Both the position numbers and the translations under genes were made by a program. The notes below the pieces were generated by a model that made no database searches, was not told where the DNA came from, and saw only the letters and a program-made list of their open reading frames with translations. A DNA stretch of 32,000 nucleotides from Gammaproteobacteria bacterium (GTDB taxonomy: Bacteria; Pseudomonadota; Gammaproteobacteria; JBIOEC01): contig OZ257143.1 in assembly GCA_965279305.1 (NCBI GenBank), positions 1,470,001 to 1,502,000 of the forward strand. Direction: 5' to 3'. Numbering within the stretch: the stretch's first letter is position 1; each line of letters starts with the position of its first letter. Below are positions 8,486 through 18,126 of this stretch, piece after piece.

Positions 8486-9664
8486 ATGCATACTAAGCAA
8501 AAAGAAGCATTTAAATACACTTCGCTTAATCGTATAGAAAGCCAAACCTATGCCAAACCCTCTATGGCATCTAAAAAAACGATTAATAAACTATCTACGT
8601 TGGCAAAAGCGAATACTACTTTAGTATTTGTCGATGGTTTTTATAGAGAAGATTTATCGAAACTAGCTTTAATCACCGGTGTAAAATTCGAGCCTGCTGT
8701 TTTATCTTCTAGAAAGTCTGAGTCTGCTTTAAATCATAGTGATGATTATGTCTCTTCTTTGCCTTTTTTAAAGGTTAATTCTACTTTAGATGGCTTTATT
8801 ATTGAAGTTAAGCCAGGTGTTAACGCCGGTATTATTGAAATCTTTTTTTATACTAGCGCTAATGCTGAACGTACATCCGCGCGTAAATTAGTTCAATTAA
8901 GAAATAGCATTTATTGCCATGCCGACAGCCAAATAACTGTTATTGAGCGTTATATAGGTGAAACAGCGGCAGAAAGCTTAACCAATAGCGTAACAGAAGT
9001 GCAATTAGATACTAATGCGCGTTTAGATCATATTAAAATTCAAACCGAAGCCACCTTAACCGATCATATCGGGCAGTTATTTGTTGACCTATCTAAGAAT
9101 AGTACCTTAAACAGTTATATGCTTTCGTATGGTGCTAATTTAGCTCGCAATGAAGTGCATACACGCTTACTACAAGAACATGCTACTTCTAACTTATATG
9201 GTCTTTTTATGCCGCAAAAAAATCAGCATATGGATCAATATACGGTAATGGATCATGTGTCTTCACATGCCAATAGCCATGAATTTTATCGGGGCATTTT
9301 ATCCGATAATGCTAGAGGCGTTTTTAATGGCAAAGTGATGGTTCGCCCTGATGCTCAAAAAACAGTGACTAGGCAAATTAATAATAATTTATTACTGTCT
9401 TCTAATGCTGAAATTGATACCAAACCTGAATTACAAATTTATGCGGATGATGTTCAATGTAGTCACGGCGCTACCGTAGGGCATTTAGATGAGCAGGCTC
9501 TGTTTTATATGCAAGCGAGAGGAGTTCCTTTAGCGGAAGCTAAAAATATATTATTGAGTGCATTTGCTACTGAAATATTACAATCTATTTCTGATCTGGC
9601 ATTGAGAGATCAATTGCAAACCGATTTATTGGCCTATTTGCCAGGAGCTTCTTATGGCCAGTAG
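8486..9664 (+). CDS. sufD: Fe-S cluster assembly protein SufD
   Basis: 392 aa, with a SufB/D-type C-terminal beta-helix region (QIYADDVQCSHGATVG). It sits between sufC and sufS. Confidence 0.85.
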   Translation: MHTKQKEAFKYTSLNRIESQTYAKPSMASKKTINKLSTLAKANTTLVFVDGFYREDLSKLALITGVKFEPAVLSSRKSESALNHSDDYVSSLPFLKVNSTLDGFIIEVKPGVNAGIIEIFFYTSANAERTSARKLVQLRNSIYCHADSQITVIERYIGETAAESLTNSVTEVQLDTNARLDHIKIQTEATLTDHIGQLFVDLSKNSTLNSYMLSYGANLARNEVHTRLLQEHATSNLYGLFMPQKNQHMDQYTVMDHVSSHANSHEFYRGILSDNARGVFNGKVMVRPDAQKTVTRQINNNLLLSSNAEIDTKPELQIYADDVQCSHGATVGHLDEQALFYMQARGVPLAEAKNILLSAFATEILQSISDLALRDQLQTDLLAYLPGASYGQ

Positions 9665-10874
9665 AGCTGACTTTCCTGGATTACATCAAGAAGTCAACGG
9701 ACAACCCCTGATTTATTTTGATAATGCAGCTACCACTCAAAAACCTTTATCAGTCATTGAAGCTGTTGATCACCATTATCGATTTGATAATGCTAATGTG
9801 CACCGTGGTGTTCATGTTTTAAGTAGCCGCGCGACCCATGCTTTTGAAAAAACTCGCTCTTTGCTGGCAGAGTTTATTAATGCTGAGTACTTACATGAAG
9901 TGATTTTTACTCGAGGAACCACTGAAGCGATTAATTTAATTGCTTACTGTTACGGCTTACCTTTTTTGAAAAATGGCGATGAAATTCTGATCACTACGAT
10001 GGAGCATCACGCAAATATTGTGCCCTGGCAAATGGTATGTGAACAAACAGGCGCTACACTTAAAGTAGTTCCTTTAGTAGCTGATGCAGATAGTGGTGAG
10101 TTAGATAGAGATGCGTTTAGCGCACTGTTAAGCAAAAATACCAAAATAGTTTCGTTTCCTCATATCTCTAATGTCTTAGGGACTATTAATCCTGTTGCGG
10201 AATTGATTGCAGAAGTGCGAGAAAAAACCTCTGCTATTGTGGTGATTGATGGTGCGCAAGCGATTGCTCATCTTCCTATTGATGTACAAGCATTGGATTG
10301 CGATTTTTATGTGTTTTCAAGCCATAAAATGTATGGTCCATCAGGTATTGGTATTCTTTATGGTAAAACTGCTTTGCTAGAACGTATGCCGCCTTTTCAA
10401 TTCGGTGGCGAAATGATTAAAAGCGTTAGCTTTGAACATACCGAATATAATGATCTTCCTTTTAAATTTGAAGCAGGAACACCTAATATTGAAGGGGTAA
10501 TTGGTTTGGGTGCTGCAGTAGAATATCTTAAAAAAGCTGATGTTAAAAAACTAGCCGCTCAGGAAAAAGAATTATTAAACTATGCCACTGAACAAATGCA
10601 AAATATTCCTAATATCCGTATTTTGGGAACATCAAAGCATAAAGCAGCTATGATTACGTTTGTGATCAAGGGCATTCCGGCGCAAGATATTAGTACTTTG
10701 CTGGATATGTCGGGTATTGCGATTAGAGTAGGGCATCATTGTGCTATGCCTTTACATGAGTCTTTAGGGCTTAGCTCTTCTGTGCGCGCTTCTTTTGCTT
10801 TTTATAATACTAAAGAAGAAATTGATAGATTTATTATTGCTTTGAATAAAGCGCTAAAGGTGTTACATGCATAA
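9654..10874 (+). CDS. sufS: Cysteine desulfurase SufS (group II, PLP-dependent)
   Basis: HHANIVPW, the PLP-Lys motif SSHKMYGP and the catalytic Cys in RVGHHCAMP. It overlaps sufD by 11 nt. Confidence 0.9.
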   Translation: MASRADFPGLHQEVNGQPLIYFDNAATTQKPLSVIEAVDHHYRFDNANVHRGVHVLSSRATHAFEKTRSLLAEFINAEYLHEVIFTRGTTEAINLIAYCYGLPFLKNGDEILITTMEHHANIVPWQMVCEQTGATLKVVPLVADADSGELDRDAFSALLSKNTKIVSFPHISNVLGTINPVAELIAEVREKTSAIVVIDGAQAIAHLPIDVQALDCDFYVFSSHKMYGPSGIGILYGKTALLERMPPFQFGGEMIKSVSFEHTEYNDLPFKFEAGTPNIEGVIGLGAAVEYLKKADVKKLAAQEKELLNYATEQMQNIPNIRILGTSKHKAAMITFVIKGIPAQDISTLLDMSGIAIRVGHHCAMPLHESLGLSSSVRASFAFYNTKEEIDRFIIALNKALKVLHA

Positions 10875-11412
10875 AGCACCGGTTGTATTAACTCGCGAAG
10901 TTGAAGCATTGCTGATCCCTTCTGCAACGCCTGTGATGTTACGAGAAGGTGAAGTAGTGAGAGTTACCCAAGCTTTAGGTGGCGCTTATACGGTGCAAGT
11001 GGGTGGTAATTTAGCCCGTATTGAAGGTAAAGATGCCGATGCTTTAGGTTTAGAAATAGAAGAAGCGTGTTCTACTCTTGAAAAAGTAGCAGACGGTCCT
11101 GTAGAAGTTGAAGTTTTATGGGAAGCGCTTAGAACGTGTTACGACCCTGAAATTCCAGTGAATATTGTGGATTTAGGTTTAATTTATAAATGTGAAGTAG
11201 TTGCAGTTGATGCTACTCATAACAAAGTAGAAATTGAAATGACACTGACGGCACCCGGTTGTGGAATGGGCCCTGTATTGGTATCCGATGTAAGAAACAA
11301 AATCGAAAAAATAAAAAATGTGACAGAAGTAGATGTACAATTAGTATTTGACCCGCCCTGGGATCAATCGCGAATGAGTGAAGCCGCTCAACTCCAGTTA
11401 GGTTTATTATAA
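10867..11412 (+). CDS. sufT: DUF59/MIP18-domain Fe-S assembly protein, long SufT-type
   Basis: 181 aa. The DUF59 core is CYDPEIPVNIVDLGLIY...LTAPGCGMG, with an N-terminal extension as in proteobacterial SufT. It overlaps sufS by 8 nt. Confidence 0.65.
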   Translation: MHKAPVVLTREVEALLIPSATPVMLREGEVVRVTQALGGAYTVQVGGNLARIEGKDADALGLEIEEACSTLEKVADGPVEVEVLWEALRTCYDPEIPVNIVDLGLIYKCEVVAVDATHNKVEIEMTLTAPGCGMGPVLVSDVRNKIEKIKNVTEVDVQLVFDPPWDQSRMSEAAQLQLGLL

Positions 11413-11441
11413 TTGCTGGTGGAAAGTAGGAAGTATCTACT

Positions 11442-12875
11442 ATGTTTAATTTATTTAATTGCTTTAGGAGCCGCCAAAAAACTCCATTATTTACTGATTT
11501 TGCTTTATCTCCTTTGATGAAGGATCCTCCTTATATCCCTTTGACAGAAATACCTGCCTTAGTAGAACCAGAAAAGCCTGAAACATTAATCGTGCTATCT
11601 CTAGATGCAGATGGGATGGTTTTTAATCCCCGTTGGGTTGCATATAAACTAGATTGTATAAAAAGAAATATCGCATGTGATAATGATAGTATTTTTAAGT
11701 TCAATAGGCCATTGGTGGGTTATATTCTTGAGGTTTTACTTGAGCATGGTGTTGATTCTGCTCAGGTAATGGTTGGGTCCATGCGCCAATCAAAATTTGC
11801 TGATAATCATAATATAGAAAAATTTCCAGGAACGGGATCGTATTTTTATTGGTTAGAAATGTTTTGTAACTTTTTTAATGAAGAGTGCAAAGACGATAAT
11901 CTCTCATATCGATTAAAGCTTAACCGTTATTTACTATCAGATACTTATAGTGATACTTCTCATGAATTTAGTTTCATCAATGCGCTTGCTGGACAAGGTC
12001 TTTCTGGTATTGAACTTATTGAGTCTGTAAGTAAAGTTGATAGAGGAAAGTTCGGTATTTTATATGCGCAAATGTTTAAGATAGCTACCGAAAATCCAAA
12101 TAAAAAAATCATATATCGGTTTGTCGATGATCACCAGGAAACGTTAGATGCTTTATATGATATTTTTAGAAAAAACATACGGTATTTGCCTCCAAACGTA
12201 TCTCTTGAAATAGTACGCCATTATTACAATTCTCTAGGAGAACCTGTCATTGATAGATCGCGTTATATTATTCACCCTGATCCTAAAAATATAATGGATG
12301 AATGCTATGAAGAAACGTTGAGAAAAATAGCTAACTATGCAGAAGAAGGAAGAGATATCTATTTTGACTTAGAGTTGCAAGATGAGTTTCAGGGGTTTAG
12401 AGAGAAGATAAACGTACTTAGAAAAGTAGAAGTGATTGTACCTAATAATATTGATAGGTTGCATAGTCTTAGAAAAGAAGTGGAATCTTTGTATGCCGGT
12501 TTGTTAGAACATTATTTTAGTTTTGATGATGATGGGATAGCTGATTGTATGAGCTCTGTTTTTTCAGAAATTCGGACTTTATATCATATCTATATCAAAG
12601 AGTCTGGTCGTTCAAACTTGGAATATTCTTTTGAAGCCATGAATGATTTTTGTTTTATGAAATTAATTTTATCGTATGTGAAAAACTTACTTGAAGGGCG
12701 TTTTGAAAATGGTTTGGTTTCCGGTTGTAGTCAATCTAATATAGAAAATATAGTAAAGGGTAAAATGGGGCTTTATAATACAGCTTCTTTGGCATATGCT
12801 CTAAACACTCTTTATAATATAATAGTTTTCCCTACTGCTCCTGTAAAAGAAAATTTGACTCCTGTGGCAGGTTAA
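11442..12875 (+). CDS. Hypothetical 477-aa protein (possible HAD-like fold), AT-rich insert within the suf operon
   Basis: It is a long uninterrupted ORF. LIVLSLDADGMVFN (DxDG, like HAD motif I), VMVGSMRQS (possible motif II) and RFVDDHQ (possible motif IV) are present. The family is not recognised. Confidence 0.55.
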   Translation: MFNLFNCFRSRQKTPLFTDFALSPLMKDPPYIPLTEIPALVEPEKPETLIVLSLDADGMVFNPRWVAYKLDCIKRNIACDNDSIFKFNRPLVGYILEVLLEHGVDSAQVMVGSMRQSKFADNHNIEKFPGTGSYFYWLEMFCNFFNEECKDDNLSYRLKLNRYLLSDTYSDTSHEFSFINALAGQGLSGIELIESVSKVDRGKFGILYAQMFKIATENPNKKIIYRFVDDHQETLDALYDIFRKNIRYLPPNVSLEIVRHYYNSLGEPVIDRSRYIIHPDPKNIMDECYEETLRKIANYAEEGRDIYFDLELQDEFQGFREKINVLRKVEVIVPNNIDRLHSLRKEVESLYAGLLEHYFSFDDDGIADCMSSVFSEIRTLYHIYIKESGRSNLEYSFEAMNDFCFMKLILSYVKNLLEGRFENGLVSGCSQSNIENIVKGKMGLYNTASLAYALNTLYNIIVFPTAPVKENLTPVAG

Positions 12876-12889
12876 CTTAGAAGGCAAGT

Positions 12890-13198
12890 ATGGCAAATTG
12901 GATCAGCATTAATACCGTAGATAGTTTTACAGACACTCCCAGACAGTTTCTAGATAAAGACAATCTGCATATAGCGATATGTAAAATAGGGGAGCAATTT
13001 TTTGCTTTTGAAAGCATGTGTACTCATGCCATGTATGAGCTAGATGATGCGCCTATAGAAGGTAATGAGATAATCTGCCCTTTGCATGGAGCTCGATTTT
13101 GCTTAAAAACAGGAGAGGTAATGTCACCCCCCGCCTATGAAGACTTAAGGGTGTTCTCAACTCGCGTAAGGGAAGGTCTAGTTGAAATAGAGCTTTAG
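12890..13198 (+). CDS. Rieske [2Fe-2S] ferredoxin-like protein (suf-associated type)
   Basis: 102 aa with Rieske ligands CTH...CPLHGARF. Confidence 0.8.
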   Translation: MANWISINTVDSFTDTPRQFLDKDNLHIAICKIGEQFFAFESMCTHAMYELDDAPIEGNEIICPLHGARFCLKTGEVMSPPAYEDLRVFSTRVREGLVEIEL

Positions 13199-13202
13199 AT
13201 AA

Positions 13203-13439
13203 CTACTCATTGTTAAGTTGGTCGATAATAGTTTCAATTGAATAATCATTTGCCATGCCGCTTTCTTCACCTTCGATTAAAGCTGAACGTAAAGCGCTTA
13301 ATTTGACTTCTCGTTCCTCCAGCATTCTAAGGCCAGCACGAACAATTTCACTAGCAGAGCCATAGCGACCGGATGATATCTGTTTATCTACAAAAAGATT
13401 GAAATGTTCGCCTAAGGCGATACTGGTTGTTTTTGCCAT
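13203..13439 (-). CDS. parD: ParD-family (RHH) type II antitoxin with no adjacent toxin
   Basis: [44 protein letters not shown] is typical ParD. The start was moved to ATG 13439 (GAGGAA upstream). The stop lies 4 nt from the convergent Rieske gene stop. Confidence 0.75.
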   Translation of the reverse strand: MAKTTSIALGEHFNLFVDKQISSGRYGSASEIVRAGLRMLEEREVKLSALRSALIEGEESGMANDYSIETIIDQLNNE

Positions 13440-13512
13440 AAATTCCTCATGGATTACCAATAGATAGTATATGTTGGTAGTTTGATTTTGGCAAGCGGGG
13501 AGAGAAAATGCA

Positions 13513-13530
13513 CCCCTCCAGAAGGAGGGG
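13513..13530 (-). terminator. Candidate rho-independent terminator of rpsD
   Basis: On the minus strand, CCCCUCC-UUCU-GGAGGGG is followed by UGCAUUUUCUCU, about 20 nt after the rpsD stop. Confidence 0.45.
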
Positions 13531-13550
13531 CAACAAGAGTGAGTAAAAAC

Positions 13551-14171
13551 TTATAAACCTACGCGTGAGTAGTACTCAACGATTAAGTTCAATTCTACTT
13601 GTAAGGGCACGTCGTCTGATTGAGGCGCCTGGGTTACGGTAGCGGTAAACTCTTTAGTGTTTACGCTTAAGTAGGCTGGTAAGCTTAAAGAAGGGTTTTC
13701 GATGGTTTCGATTACCAACGGCACACCTTTAGAGCTTTCTTTAATACTAATCACATCGCCTGCTTCAACATGATAGCGAGGGATATTCACTAATTTACCA
13801 TTTACTTGAATATGCTTATGAGACACTAGCTGACGAGCAGCGGGTAGGGTAGGTGCAAAACCTGCACGGAACACTACGTTATCTAAGCGAGATTCCAACA
13901 TTACTAGCATTTCTTTACCAGAATCACCTTTAGAGCGAGCCGCAGCACGCATATAGCCTCTTAACTGACGTTCACTAACGCCATAGTTAAAGCGAACTTT
14001 TTGTTTTTCACGTAAACGAACACCGTATTCAGTGCTGTTTTTGCCCTTACGGGTAGCGCCATGCTGACCAGGGGGATTTTTACGTTGATTTGGGGTCTTG
14101 CGGGTTAAACCGGGCAAGTCGGTTTGTAAACTACGTAATACTTTTAAGCGTGCGCCTGTAAATCGTGACAT
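13551..14171 (-). CDS. rpsD: 30S ribosomal protein S4, stand-alone (not in an rpsM-rpsK-rpsD-rpoA context)
   Basis: 206 aa with PGQHGA, LREKQKVR, ESRLDNVVFR, ARQLVSHKHI and the C-terminal IVEYYSR. Confidence 0.9.
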   Translation of the reverse strand: MSRFTGARLKVLRSLQTDLPGLTRKTPNQRKNPPGQHGATRKGKNSTEYGVRLREKQKVRFNYGVSERQLRGYMRAAARSKGDSGKEMLVMLESRLDNVVFRAGFAPTLPAARQLVSHKHIQVNGKLVNIPRYHVEAGDVISIKESSKGVPLVIETIENPSLSLPAYLSVNTKEFTATVTQAPQSDDVPLQVELNLIVEYYSRVGL

Positions 14172-14433
14172 ACTATTCTATATCCATCCTTTAAATAATT
14201 ATTAGCCCAGCAGTACTGCCTATACCGACCAGCCACTGGAAAGTCGCCCAAAATAGCATATCCAAGCCTCAATTGCAAGGGAGCCTAGGCTTTTTTGGCC
14301 TTCTGATCAGCTAGTATCTAATCGCTAAGTTGGTTAGCGTGTATTATAATTGTCTCTATTATTTAAAACCGCTTTGGCGGGTGATAGGGGCAAGAAAATG
14401 TCAGCTTCTTATATTCTCATTGCATTACAGTGG

Positions 14434-14462
14434 TTGCTAGCGCCAAGTATAGGGTGTAGAAT
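14434..14462 (+). promoter_or_regulatory. Candidate promoter of tRNA-fMet
   Basis: TTGCTA (14434-14439), 17-nt spacer, TAGAAT (14457-14462), then the GC-rich discriminator GCTCC, about 19 nt before the tRNA. Confidence 0.35.
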
Positions 14463-14480
14463 GCTCCACTTGTTATCTAT

Positions 14481-14557
<77 letters not shown>

Positions 14558-15028
14558 TTTAAGCATTTCAGAACGTTTCAAAACGTTCCTAACTCCTTGT
14601 AATTACTCAGTTTTTTTGGTATCCTGTCTGCCAAGTTGTTCACCTTAAACCATCTAAATCCCACCCTAAGTGGGGGCTCTTCTCAAAACCGAATTTAAAA
14701 ACTCCTTATAAATCATTGGTTTTACCTAGGTCCAGGCAATTCAAGGAAATGCCCATACATCAAGGCATAAGTGGGGGTACTTTTATACACCTAAAAATGG
14801 GTGTCCCAGACGTTTTTAATTCATATAAAATTGAGCCGGCGGAGATTGGAAGGATCTTAAACGCAGTCAAATGGCTACCAGGGCTCTTTTTTTCACTCAA
14901 TGTGCTTTTATAGAGTATCCCCTATGGGGTTTGTGCGGCCAGGAGAGTTACGGGGAGCCAATGGTCAGAAATAAATTTTGAAAAGGCAGAAAATGACAGA
15001 TACCAGGGGGCTAAAATGAAAATTCGTA

Positions 15029-15790
15029 CTAAGCATATTCTCCCTTTGTCCTCTCAGGCCATTGCCTATAACAATGAACCTGATGAGGGCTAAAATGACC
15101 CTGATAGGCCAATGCCGCTTGGTAAGATGGATCTAAAGAAATCAATGTTACCTGATAGGAATCATTTTCAATAATGAAGGGCTCTGCTGAAAGTATATTT
15201 ATTTTATCTAGTGGATAACTAAGTCCACATCCTAAACATTTTAATAGCGCCTCCTTTTGTGTCCAAATCTCAAAAAATAGCTTATTTTGATCTTTATGTG
15301 GAACTATGGAAAGTGTCTTATATTCTTCAGCCGAAAAGAAATGCTGAGCTATGCTCATAAAATCAAAGTTTGAGATCATAAATTCTATGTCTACCCCAAT
15401 GTTTTGATATTGAGAAATTGAGATCAATATATAGTTACCTGCATGTGAAAGATTAAATTGAATATCCCTTATGTTTTGATGGTGTTTTATCCGCGGTTTT
15501 CCAAAGGATGAATAGACAATATGGATATCAGTAGGAGGTAAAGCTAAATATTGCCCTAGTAAGTAACGCAACGCTCCACGAGCAAGAATGTAACGTTGGC
15601 GATCCTTCTCAAATATATATTTTTTTGATTTCTCCTGTTCATCGGCAGCCAAAAAAGACTGGAGTTGCAATTGATGAGGGGAAAGTTGATCGAGTGTAAA
15701 GCACCATAAATGAATGTTATCACTCGGTAAAACCCAGTTATTCAGACGTAAGGGAGGTGTTATTGGAAGTTCAATTTTTAAAAAAAACAT
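15029..15790 (-). CDS. Sfp-type 4'-phosphopantetheinyl transferase
   Basis: 253 aa with FGKP, FNLSHAGNYILI, IGVDIE and WTQKEALLKCLG (the W/KEA motif). Confidence 0.8.
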   Translation of the reverse strand: MFFLKIELPITPPLRLNNWVLPSDNIHLWCFTLDQLSPHQLQLQSFLAADEQEKSKKYIFEKDRQRYILARGALRYLLGQYLALPPTDIHIVYSSFGKPRIKHHQNIRDIQFNLSHAGNYILISISQYQNIGVDIEFMISNFDFMSIAQHFFSAEEYKTLSIVPHKDQNKLFFEIWTQKEALLKCLGCGLSYPLDKINILSAEPFIIENDSYQVTLISLDPSYQAALAYQGHFSPHQVHCYRQWPERTKGEYA

Positions 15791-16269
15791 AGCATGATAG
15801 GCTTCAATGATGTTTCAGACTGGTAAAAAAGAGTTCTTTATTCTATGCAAGCGTACATATCTAGCGTAAAAACAGCATTCTAACGTATTTTTTAATGTAC
15901 TACCAGCGCCAAAGACTATGTAAACACACATCCTAAAAAGTGGTTGTTTTTTAAGCTATCTTGCGCATAATTTTCTGACTCTTACTAATGTATAAGGCCA
16001 AAAACATATTGCACTAGTTATGGGAACTTCATCACAAATTAACTCTATTACTATATCAGGTTCAGCTATTGTGATTACTCATGGAGAGTTTTTAGATTTA
16101 ATCAGAGAAAATAAACAAGCAAAATCGATCTGATATATACAAGTTAAAAGTATAAAAAATGTGATTGAAATGCTAAATTTTTCTTGACGTAGCCAATTAA
16201 TTATATTAATTTGTTAGGCATGGTTAAGTAGTTTAAGATTTTTTTGATTTGAATTTGGGAGAATGCCTC

Positions 16270-16663
16270 ATGAACCACAAGCTGGGGCATGTAAGGATCC
16301 ATGAAGTCAAAGAATTACCTTCCCCCTTTGTTAAATTGAATGATTGTTCTATTTCTGATTTTGCAGCGAAATTAATTTTTGAAACGCATAATGAAATTTC
16401 ATCATTATTGCATAATATTGATGATTACTTTCGCACCGTCTTTATACGGAATGCCATAACCTCTTGCTAGTGAGTTATCAGAGCTCGCTAATACGGTCGA
16501 ATCAACTGGTTGGAAAATTAAATCTGCAGAAAGAATAGAATACAAAGGTAACGACGCTGCTATTGAAGATTTTAAAAAGAAGAAAGGACTGAATATTAAG
16601 CTTGATAATAATGGAAGGACTAATTTGCCAGCATGGCATTTGGCCCTTCAAGTCACCGTCTGA
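16270..16663 (+). pseudogene. Possible frameshifted or degenerate gene (two abutting ORF pieces), family unknown
   Basis: ATG 16270 is preceded by GGGAGAA, and this piece runs to TAG 16470. From 16472 the +1 frame continues with protein-like sequence (ELSELANTVESTGWKIKSAERIEYKGNDAAIEDF...PAWHLALQVTV) to TGA 16663. Confidence 0.25.
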
Positions 16664-16689
16664 TAGTGAAAAAATAGGGGCTAATAGAA

Positions 16690-18126
16690 ATGTTCCAGAA
16701 GTATGCTTCATTTGCCGGGTTGAGTCTTGGTTTCTTTATTATTATGATGGACATAACCACTGTACCATTGATGTACCCAACCCTTATGAATGTGTTTGAT
16801 GTTAATCCGGCTATGGTCGCTTGGGTCAATAATATTTATCTCATTACTTATGCTTCATTTATTCTTTTAGGAGGTCGGCTTGGAGACTTCACAAATCGAA
16901 AGATTGTATTACTGATTGCTTATTTGGCTATAGGGGTAGGAGCAGCAATTAGTGGTGCAGGACAAAGCTTGTCAGATGTAATTATTGGTCGCGCATTGAT
17001 GGGTGTAGGAGCGGGATTATTGACACCACAGAGCATGGCATATATTTCTATTCTTTTTGCGAGTGGAGGTAGAGGAACTGCACTGGGTATCTGGGGAGCT
17101 GTAGCTGGTATTGCCGCTGCTACTGGGCCTATTGTTACCGAGATATTCTTGACAATGGGGGATTGGCGTTGGGTGATGTGGATCAACATTCCTATCGTGC
17201 TTGTTTGTTTTTTAATTTCCGTTTTGAGTTTACCCAATGTTCCCGGCCGTGGTATTAAATTCTGGGACACTACTGTAAGTGTTTTGTGTGGAGCGTGTTT
17301 GGCAGGAATTATTCTTGGAATCCAATTCATTAATGCGTCTAAATCAATTATAAGCATAGGTGGTGCTCTTTTTATAATGGGAGGTGTGGCTATAAGTGTC
17401 TTGATTAGAAATGAATTGAAGAAAAAACAGGGATACATTTTGTCACCCGAATTATGGGTTGATAATATTTTTCTCAGAATATGTTTAATTTCAGGGCTAC
17501 TTGGATTAAGTCTAACAGCTTTTTATCTTCCTTTAGTATTTCTTTTAGACGTACGAATGAATTTAGGCCCTGTGGCTATAAGCATGGTCATGTTTACTAT
17601 CGCGCTGGCTAATGCATTAGTTGGACCATTCGCAGGTAATCTTTCAGACCGTATGGAGCCAGAAATAATTATTAGACGTGGTTTGATTTTATTTGCAATT
17701 GCAAATGCTTTACTTGGTTTTATTGGTATATTCCTGCCTGAAGGAATTTTGGCCTTAGTAGCACTTTTTGCCGTTATGTTTATTGCTGGAGCGGGTACTG
17801 GTTTAGCTTTTGCGCCTCTTGCTAATTTAGCCGTGGGTCGTGCTCAAGTAGCAACTCTAGGTCGTGCTGCCGCTTTTTTCAACTGTGCGCGCCAAATATC
17901 AAGTGCATTAGGTGGTGTGATTGTAGCTATTGTTTTTGATTGGATAATACGCTTACAATTAGAACATGACATTGAAATAACTACTACAACCCTTCGTGAA
18001 TCATCGACTATTACTGCTAATGCCACTTTAGCTTGTTTTTTGTTTATTGCTATTAGTTTGTCGGTAGCTGCTTATCTATCTTGTAGAAGTGAGCAGGAGC
18101 TTGTAGTAGATGAATCTGGGGCTTAG
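16690..18126 (+). CDS. MFS transporter, DHA2 (EmrB/QacA-like, about 14 TMS) drug/metabolite exporter
   Basis: 478 aa and hydrophobic throughout. The N-terminal motif IIMMDITTVPLMYP resembles the DHA2 LDxTIVNVALP motif, and GRLGDFTNRK resembles motif A. Confidence 0.85.
   Translation: MFQKYASFAGLSLGFFIIMMDITTVPLMYPTLMNVFDVNPAMVAWVNNIYLITYASFILLGGRLGDFTNRKIVLLIAYLAIGVGAAISGAGQSLSDVIIGRALMGVGAGLLTPQSMAYISILFASGGRGTALGIWGAVAGIAAATGPIVTEIFLTMGDWRWVMWINIPIVLVCFLISVLSLPNVPGRGIKFWDTTVSVLCGACLAGIILGIQFINASKSIISIGGALFIMGGVAISVLIRNELKKKQGYILSPELWVDNIFLRICLISGLLGLSLTAFYLPLVFLLDVRMNLGPVAISMVMFTIALANALVGPFAGNLSDRMEPEIIIRRGLILFAIANALLGFIGIFLPEGILALVALFAVMFIAGAGTGLAFAPLANLAVGRAQVATLGRAAAFFNCARQISSALGGVIVAIVFDWIIRLQLEHDIEITTTTLRESSTITANATLACFLFIAISLSVAAYLSCRSEQELVVDESGA

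Noticed and set aside
14716-14913. 65-aa TTG-initiated ORF downstream of the tRNA, examined as a possible integrase remnant
   Set aside because: It has no RBS. I saw no integrase-like motifs (no R..HxxR..Y context or P4-int N-terminus) in any frame of 14558-15028.
16502-18026. Track ORFs 16502-16711(-), 16602-16799(+), 16920-17438(-) and 17844-18026(-)
   Set aside because: They are antisense or off-frame to the MFS transporter or to the broken upstream ORF. The products look like hydrophobic mirror images of TM segments.
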